Shown: in pieces, positions 57,956 to 64,000 of the stretch | How positions within the stretch are numbered: position 1 is the stretch's first letter | How the letters are laid out: each line of letters begins with the position of its first letter | Origin: Candidatus Magasanikiibacteriota bacterium | Lineage (GTDB): Bacteria > Patescibacteriota > Patescibacteriia > Magasanikbacterales > UBA922 | DNA: 64,000 nucleotides | Direction of reading: 5' to 3' | Assembly (NCBI GenBank): GCA_018651085.1 | Contig: JABIEQ010000010.1 | Coordinates: 1,688 to 65,687, forward strand | Notes under the pieces: model-generated | The model's database searches: none | Told to the model about the DNA's origin: nothing | Seen by the model: the letters and a program-made list of their open reading frames with translations, nothing else | Made by a program: the position numbers and the translations under genes

Positions 57956-60900
57956 ATGTCACGAGACACCCTTCATTCAATTGCCTTTGACGCGTTACGT
58001 ATCCGTCTTGCTTCGCCTGAAAAGATTCGTGCATGGTCACATGGAGAAATTAGAAAACCAGAAACGATTAATTATCGAACACAAAAACCAGAAAAGACTG
58101 GATTGTTTGCGGAAGAAATTTTTGGACCGACAAAAGATTGGGAATGTTATTGTGGAAAGTATAAGAAAATTCGATATAAAGGTATTGTGTGTGATAAATG
58201 TGGAGTAGAGGTAACACACTCACTTGTTCGACGTGAACGTATGGGACACATTGAGCTTGCGTCACCTGTAACACATATTTGGTTTTTGCGATCAATTCCT
58301 TCAAAAATGGGACTTGTGCTTGATATGTCTGTCCAAAATATGGAAAAGGTGGTTTACTTTGCATCGTTTATTATTACGAAAGTTGATGTAGATACTGTTG
58401 AGCAAACGAAAGTTATGCTTAAGCAAGAATATACCTCAAAGAAAAAACAACTTGAAAATCAATATAAGCAAAAGATTGCTGCGGCAAAAGAAAGTGGACA
58501 AACAAAGAGTGTTATTGAAGAAATTTCTGTTGATCGGGATGCGTCACTTGAATCGCTTGATGAAGATTTTTCAACGGCAGAACAAGAACTTAAAGACATT
58601 TCACTTTTTTCTATTATCTCTGAAAACAGATATCAAGAATTATCTTTACGATACGGTCATTTGTTTGAAGCAAGTATTGGAGCTGAAGCGATTCGATTTT
58701 TGCTTGATAAGCTTGATCTTACAAAGACCATTGAACGTATTCAAACAGATATTTTAAAAACAAAAGGTGCACGGCGTGATAAGCTTGTGAATCGTGCAAA
58801 ATTATTAAAGAATTTACAAAACAATGACATTGATCCAGCGTGGATGGTCATGAAAAATATTCCTGTCATCCCACCAGACCTTCGACCAATGGTAGCGCTT
58901 GATGGTGGACGATTTGCAACGAGTGATTTAAATGATTTGTATCGTCGTGTCATCAACAGAAATAATCGGTTAAAACGATTAATTGAATTGAACGCGCCAG
59001 AAGTTATTTGTCGAAATGAAAAGAGAATGCTTCAAGAAGCTTGTGATGCATTGTTTGATAATAATGCTAGAGCCGCGAAAACAGTCCGTTCTTCAACTGG
59101 ACAAAAACGACAACTTCGATCACTTGCTGATATTTTGAAAGGAAAACAAGGACGGTTCCGACAAAACTTGCTTGGAAAACGTGTTGATTACTCTGCTCGA
59201 TCAGTTATTGTTGTTGGGCCTGGTCTTAAAATTCATGAATGTGGTCTTCCAAAGAAGATGGCTCTTGAAATCTTTAAGCCGTTTGTGATGGCGCAAATTA
59301 TTAAACGAGAGTTAGCACATAATGTCCGAAGTGCGTCACGATTTATTGAAAGTAACGCGTCAGAAGTGTGGGATATTTTAGAATACGTGATTAAAGACAC
59401 TCGTGTATTATTGAATCGTGCACCAACACTTCATAGACTTGGTATTCAAGCGTATCGTCCTGTACTTGTTGAAGGAAAAGCGATTCAGTTGCATCCATTA
59501 TCTTGTTCTGGTTTTAATGCCGATTTTGATGGAGATCAAATGGCAGTTCACGTACCACTTTCTGAACAAGCAAAATGGGAAGCTGAAAATTTGATTGCTG
59601 CTGAAAAGAATTTGTTAAAACCTGCTACTGGAGCACCTGTAAAAACACCACAACAAGATATTGTACTTGGGTGTTATTATATGACGCAATATGCTGAAGC
59701 TGATACTAAAGAAGTAACAAGAATATTTTCTAACGTAACAGAAGCACAATTTGCGTATAAGAGTCGTAACATTAGTCTTCGTGAGCGTATAAAAGTACGA
59801 TTTTCTGATCTATCTAAATTTGAAGAAGGTGTTGGACCAATTATTGAAACATCAGTTGGAAGAATTCTCTTTAATGACATTTTACCTGATTCGATTGTTT
59901 ACTATAATAAAGCCATCACGAAAAAAGATCTTGGGGCTATTATTCAATTGTTACTTGAATTTTGTGGAGTAGAAGTTGCTGCTGGTGTACTTGATGTGAT
60001 GAAGAACTTAGGATATAAGTATGCAACAAAATCAGGATACTCATTAAGTATGTCTGATTATCCACATATTCCAGAAAAGAAAGCTATTTTGGCTGATGGA
60101 GATGAACAAGCAACTCGTATTCAAGATCAATATGATCAAGGATTGCTTACCGATTCAGAGCGACATGCCAAAGTCATTGAAACGTGGACAAATATTAAAG
60201 ATCAAGTCATGGACCAAATGACGGGGGCACTTGAACAAGATGGAGCAGTGTTTGCCATGATTGACTCAGGTGCTCGTGGTAGTAGAGGACAACTTGGTCA
60301 GGCGATTGCCATGAAAGGACTGGTAGCCAATCCGAGTGGAGACATTATTGAGTTGCCGGTAAAAGGAAGTTTTAAAGAAGGGTTTGATGTACTTGAATTT
60401 TTCATTTCAAGTCATGGAACACGTAAAGGATTAGCTGATACAGCGCTTCGTACTGCGAATGCGGGGTATCTTACTCGTCGACTTGTTGATGTTGCACAAG
60501 ATGTGGTTGTTATTACTAAAGAATGTGGAGATAAAGAAGGTGAAATATTTACTAAGGAGCAATCACAAGAAATGGGACAAACATTAGTTGAACGTGTACT
60601 TGGTCGGTTTGTTCTTGAAGAGATTAAAGTTGGAAATAAGGTATACCTTAAGGCTGGAGAAGTGGTTACTGAAGAGATCGTTCGTCAGCTTGATGGTGTT
60701 GAACTTGATGCTGTCCATGTGCGAAGCGTGCTTCAGTGTAAACTTCCTAAGGGAGTATGTGTAAAATGTTATGGATATGACTTAAGTCATAATAAGGTTT
60801 CAAAAACAGGTGTTGCTGCGGGAATTATTGCCGCACAATCTATTGGAGAACCTGGAACACAGCTTACGATGAGAACCTTCCATACTGGAGGAGTTGCGGG

Positions 60901-61834
60901 GGCTGATATTACACAAGGTCTTCCTCGTGTTGAAGAATTGTTTGAGGCACGTAATCCAAAACGAAAGGCAATTTTGTCTGAAGTTGCTGGAACAATTGAA
61001 ATTGAAGACGCTGACGGAAAGATTATTACGAGTCCGAGTGGAAGAAAGGTGTTTGAAGGACGGCGTGGTCAAAAGATTGTAAAAGTTCATTTTGAAGGGA
61101 TTGATGAAGAAGAATTTAAGATTCGAAAGGTTGATGATGTTCAAGTTGAAGAAGGACAAACTGTGAAAAAAGGTCAGATCTTGCTTGTACGTGGATCTTC
61201 TGGAGAAGAAATTACTGCACCATATAAAGGAGCTATCCGTATTGATGGAAAGAAACTTATTCTTTCGTATGAAGGAAAACATAACAAAGAATATATTTCG
61301 CCAATTGGTTATAAGCTTTGGGTGAAAAATGGAGACATGGTAGAAAAAGGAGCACAGCTCACAGAAGGAAGCCTTCATCTACAAGAACTCTTTACTCTTC
61401 GTGGACGAGATGCTGTACAACGATATATTTTGCGAGAAATTCAAGCAATTTATGCTGGACAAGGACAGCGCTTAAATGATAAGCATATTGAAATTATCAT
61501 TAAGCAAATGTTTAGTAGAATGTATGTAGAAGATCCAGGAGATACTGATCTATTACCTGGTGAAACAGTAGAAAAAGCACAATTTTTAATAGCGAATGCA
61601 CAAGCGAAAAAAGAAAAGAAGAAAGTTGCACAAGCAAGAGAATTGTTCTTAGGAATTAGTAAAGTATCTCTTTCAACACAAAGTTTGTTGTCTGCTGCAT
61701 CATTTCAAGAAACAGCACGTGTACTTATTAATGCTGCTGTTACTGGAAAAATTGATTATCTTGAAGGACTTAAAGAAAATGTTATTATTGGACGACTTAT
61801 CCCTGTTGGAACTGGGTTTAAGGAAGAAAAATAA
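57956..61834 (+). CDS. rpoC: DNA-directed RNA polymerase beta' subunit
   Basis: 1292 aa. Zn-binding [20 protein letters not shown]. Catalytic NADFDGDQM. Confidence 0.95.
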   Translation: MSRDTLHSIAFDALRIRLASPEKIRAWSHGEIRKPETINYRTQKPEKTGLFAEEIFGPTKDWECYCGKYKKIRYKGIVCDKCGVEVTHSLVRRERMGHIELASPVTHIWFLRSIPSKMGLVLDMSVQNMEKVVYFASFIITKVDVDTVEQTKVMLKQEYTSKKKQLENQYKQKIAAAKESGQTKSVIEEISVDRDASLESLDEDFSTAEQELKDISLFSIISENRYQELSLRYGHLFEASIGAEAIRFLLDKLDLTKTIERIQTDILKTKGARRDKLVNRAKLLKNLQNNDIDPAWMVMKNIPVIPPDLRPMVALDGGRFATSDLNDLYRRVINRNNRLKRLIELNAPEVICRNEKRMLQEACDALFDNNARAAKTVRSSTGQKRQLRSLADILKGKQGRFRQNLLGKRVDYSARSVIVVGPGLKIHECGLPKKMALEIFKPFVMAQIIKRELAHNVRSASRFIESNASEVWDILEYVIKDTRVLLNRAPTLHRLGIQAYRPVLVEGKAIQLHPLSCSGFNADFDGDQMAVHVPLSEQAKWEAENLIAAEKNLLKPATGAPVKTPQQDIVLGCYYMTQYAEADTKEVTRIFSNVTEAQFAYKSRNISLRERIKVRFSDLSKFEEGVGPIIETSVGRILFNDILPDSIVYYNKAITKKDLGAIIQLLLEFCGVEVAAGVLDVMKNLGYKYATKSGYSLSMSDYPHIPEKKAILADGDEQATRIQDQYDQGLLTDSERHAKVIETWTNIKDQVMDQMTGALEQDGAVFAMIDSGARGSRGQLGQAIAMKGLVANPSGDIIELPVKGSFKEGFDVLEFFISSHGTRKGLADTALRTANAGYLTRRLVDVAQDVVVITKECGDKEGEIFTKEQSQEMGQTLVERVLGRFVLEEIKVGNKVYLKAGEVVTEEIVRQLDGVELDAVHVRSVLQCKLPKGVCVKCYGYDLSHNKVSKTGVAAGIIAAQSIGEPGTQLTMRTFHTGGVAGADITQGLPRVEELFEARNPKRKAILSEVAGTIEIEDADGKIITSPSGRKVFEGRRGQKIVKVHFEGIDEEEFKIRKVDDVQVEEGQTVKKGQILLVRGSSGEEITAPYKGAIRIDGKKLILSYEGKHNKEYISPIGYKLWVKNGDMVEKGAQLTEGSLHLQELFTLRGRDAVQRYILREIQAIYAGQGQRLNDKHIEIIIKQMFSRMYVEDPGDTDLLPGETVEKAQFLIANAQAKKEKKKVAQARELFLGISKVSLSTQSLLSAASFQETARVLINAAVTGKIDYLEGLKENVIIGRLIPVGTGFKEEK

Positions 61835-61854
61835 TCCTTTTTGTTTCGTCGATA

Positions 61855-61882
61855 AAACCCCCGTTATGGGGGTTTTATTATT
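61855..61882 (+). terminator. intrinsic terminator aaaacccccg-ttat-gggggtttt after rpoC
   Basis: Perfect GC stem followed by a T-run. Confidence 0.6.
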
Positions 61883-61940
61883 GCAGAAATGTAAAAAACA
61901 CGTTACAGTAGTTTTGCTAATAGTTATTGATATTTATTTT

Positions 61941-62672
61941 ATGAGTGGACACAGCAAATGGTCTAAAATTCAACATAAAAAAGGAAAAAATGATAAGGCA
62001 AGGGGAAATTTATTTACGAAATTGTCTCGTGCCATTACTTTAGCTGCTCAGCAAGGAGGAGGAGACATTGATATGAATTTTTCTTTGCGACTTGCTGTAC
62101 AAAAAGGAAAAGTGGGTAATTTGCCAAAAGATAATATTACTCGTGCGATTAAACGAGGAACTGGTGAGTTAAAAGATGGGGCGATGTTAACAGAAGCACT
62201 CTATGAAGGGTTTGGCCCTAGTGGTGTTGCCTTTTTGGTTGAAACGGTGAGTGATAATAAGAATCGGACTGTTTCTGAAGTAAAACATGCTTTTTCAAAG
62301 TACGGTGGTTCTCTTGGTGCAAATGGGAGTGTGCAATGGCAATTTGATCGATTAGGTGTTATTCGTGTAAGAAAAGAACTTATCGATGGGCTTAGTAGTT
62401 GGGATGATGTTGAACTTGCATTTATTGACGCTGGAGCGAAGGATATTAAGATGGGTCCGTTTGGTGTTGAAGTATATGTAGAGACTTCTCAGTTTCAGAC
62501 TGTGCTTGGTGTGCTTAAGACTGTCTTTATTGAACCTGACGAAAGTGGTATGGAATGGATAGCAAAAGAGACTGTTTCTTGTGATGAAGCTACTTCTGCT
62601 AAGGTAGAATCTCTTTATGATGCACTTGACGTACTTGATGATGTAAAAGCGGTGCATACTAATGAAGCTTAA
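61941..62672 (+). CDS. yebC: YebC/PmpR-family transcriptional regulator
   Basis: MSGHSKWSKIQHKKGKNDKARGNLFTKLSRAITLAAQQGGGD. Start set at ATG 61941. The ORF track 5' extension is non-protein-like. Confidence 0.85.
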   Translation: MSGHSKWSKIQHKKGKNDKARGNLFTKLSRAITLAAQQGGGDIDMNFSLRLAVQKGKVGNLPKDNITRAIKRGTGELKDGAMLTEALYEGFGPSGVAFLVETVSDNKNRTVSEVKHAFSKYGGSLGANGSVQWQFDRLGVIRVRKELIDGLSSWDDVELAFIDAGAKDIKMGPFGVEVYVETSQFQTVLGVLKTVFIEPDESGMEWIAKETVSCDEATSAKVESLYDALDVLDDVKAVHTNEA

Positions 62673-62679
62673 TATGGCA

Positions 62680-63165
62680 ATGCCATTACGTATTTTAGGG
62701 GTTGATCCTGGGTATGGACGAGTAGGGTGGGGCATTGTTGAAAAATTTCGAGGAGATATTACTTACATTGCTCACGGATGTATTGAAACATCACCAAAGG
62801 TGTCTTTTTCTCAAAGACTATCTGATATTTTTGTGGCGCTTGAAGGGCTTATCTCTACATATTCACCAGAAGTTGCAGCAATTGAAGAATTATTTTTTGC
62901 AAAAAATGTTACGACAGGTATTCAAGTGGCTCATGCACGTGGGGTCATATTACTTGCCCTTCATCAAGCAAATATACCTTCTAAAACCGTTACACCTTCT
63001 CAGGTGAAACAATCAATGACTGGATATGGTCGTGCATCAAAAAGACAGGTGCAAGAGATGGTGAAACATTGTTTACATTTGAAAGTAATTCCTTCACCTG
63101 ACGATGCGGCTGACGCTCTTGCCGTTGCATTTACAGCGAGTCCTTTATTTTTTGTGGAAAAGTAG
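62680..63165 (+). CDS. ruvC: Holliday junction resolvase RuvC
   Basis: MPLRILGVDPGYGRVGWGIV with catalytic Asp. C-terminal PSPDDAADALAVA. Upstream in-frame ATGs at 62662 and 62674 are possible. Confidence 0.8.
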   Translation: MPLRILGVDPGYGRVGWGIVEKFRGDITYIAHGCIETSPKVSFSQRLSDIFVALEGLISTYSPEVAAIEELFFAKNVTTGIQVAHARGVILLALHQANIPSKTVTPSQVKQSMTGYGRASKRQVQEMVKHCLHLKVIPSPDDAADALAVAFTASPLFFVEK

Positions 63166-63421
63166 TACATTGTACTGCTTTTTTTGTTGGTGTTGTGTTA
63201 TACTGTAGTTGTCTATTTATTTTGTTGTTTCACTTTTATTTTTTGTGAATACGCAATGTTTTTGTACAACACACTGTTTGTCGTGTGTGGTTTTTCTAAA
63301 CGACTGTTTTTAATTGTCGTTTTTTTTATTTATATTTGGTGTATATAGTGCGCCCTCATGTGTGAACATGGTTCGGTCGGTACGTAGTTAGACATCAAAT
63401 TTCTACTAAATATATATTTTT

Positions 63422-64000
63422 ATGCCAGAACGAATTAAACAACATTTTGTTCAACAAAAGTTTATTTATACTTCTCTTCTTTGTATTGTAGCTATCCTTG
63501 TCGGAGGATATCTTTCTTTATTTTCTCATAGCTTTGTAAGTGCAAACGTAAGTGGTGTTACTGCCTCTGATAGTGATACTACGGGTTTTGGTCTTGATGG
63601 GCGAGATATTAGCATGAGTTGGACTCCAGGAGCTGAACCTGCTGGTTTTGAATCTCTTCATTTTTTCCTTACGCCTGATGATCAAGTACCTGTTTTGAGT
63701 ACAAGCACCATTTTTGTAGATGGTTGTATGCTTTTTACTTGTTTTGATGTAGGTTTTACTCACCAATATTCTCAATCTTCTTTTACATTACCCGATTTTG
63801 CTGATGTTGATAGCACGTTATTCCCTTTTACAACTACGTCATTTTACACTGCTTGGGTATACACGTCTTCAACTGAGCCAACTCTTGCATCTTCTTCTCC
63901 ATTTTTATTAACTTCTGATGCTCCTTCTGATACGGATGCTCCTTTTATTGAACATTTGAGTGTACATACCGCATTTGCAAATACTACCGGGACTTTATAT
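63422..64000 (+). CDS. hypothetical signal-anchored secreted protein, 3'-truncated by the window edge
   Basis: ATG 63422 opens a 193-codon frame with no stop to the window end. Product MPERIKQHFVQQKFIYTSLLCIVAILVGGYLS.. then Ser/Thr/Asp-rich sequence. Confidence 0.45.
   Translation, partial: MPERIKQHFVQQKFIYTSLLCIVAILVGGYLSLFSHSFVSANVSGVTASDSDTTGFGLDGRDISMSWTPGAEPAGFESLHFFLTPDDQVPVLSTSTIFVDGCMLFTCFDVGFTHQYSQSSFTLPDFADVDSTLFPFTTTSFYTAWVYTSSTEPTLASSSPFLLTSDAPSDTDAPFIEHLSVHTAFANTTGTLY

Noticed and set aside
63518-63775. - strand 85-aa ORF
   Set aside because: It is antisense to a longer stop-free + strand frame (63422 to the window end) with a signal-anchor start.

Overview
This 64 kb window is a low-GC bacterial chromosomal segment. 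Background GC is roughly mid-30s % judged by eye, not computed. It is dense in housekeeping genes and appears to include the chromosomal replication-origin neighbourhood.

Minus-strand housekeeping genes: holA (partial), polA, dnaN, dnaA, tig, lspA, a dksA-like gene, ruvB, rluB, an RlmD-like methyltransferase, msrB, an ABC-F ATPase, the O-antigen-ligase-like and Wzx-like envelope genes, recA, a rodZ-like gene and ftsK. Plus-strand housekeeping genes: class A PBP, rpmH-rnpA-yidD-yggU, an M23/LysM peptidase, nrdA-nrdB, a SpoIID-like protein, rpoB-rpoC and yebC-ruvC. There are three NUDIX paralogs, two TrmB-family regulators and two tRNAs (Cys-GCA, Leu-TAA). The gene content (SD-using, many NUDIX, 3D/SpoIID/M23 wall enzymes, small membrane proteins) fits a small-genome monoderm-like or Patescibacteria-like lineage. 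That lineage call is inference only.

The most unusual signals:
- At least six short (0.3-0.8 kb) GC-rich single-gene islets of roughly 50 % GC are embedded between AT-rich native genes. Each encodes a small ORFan protein ending in a GC-rich hairpin, and several sit behind AT-rich sigma70-like promoters.
- Three copies of a quasi-palindromic motif TATGGTACAT lie upstream of two of these islets.
- Islet A encodes a protein that looks like a small outer-membrane beta-barrel with a C-terminal Phe.
- A second cluster of DnaA boxes and 16-bp palindromes (18.84-19.14 kb) lies 6.5 kb away from dnaA, next to a candidate terminator-ended ncRNA.
- Tandem NrdR boxes plus a perfect DnaA box precede nrdAB.
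- An 864-aa secreted, extremely charged E/R/D/F-rich protein carries tandem repeats.
- A Pol-beta nucleotidyltransferase is paired with a MazG-like gene.
- rpmH carries a 44-aa basic C-terminal extension.

No CRISPR array, integrase or transposase was seen.
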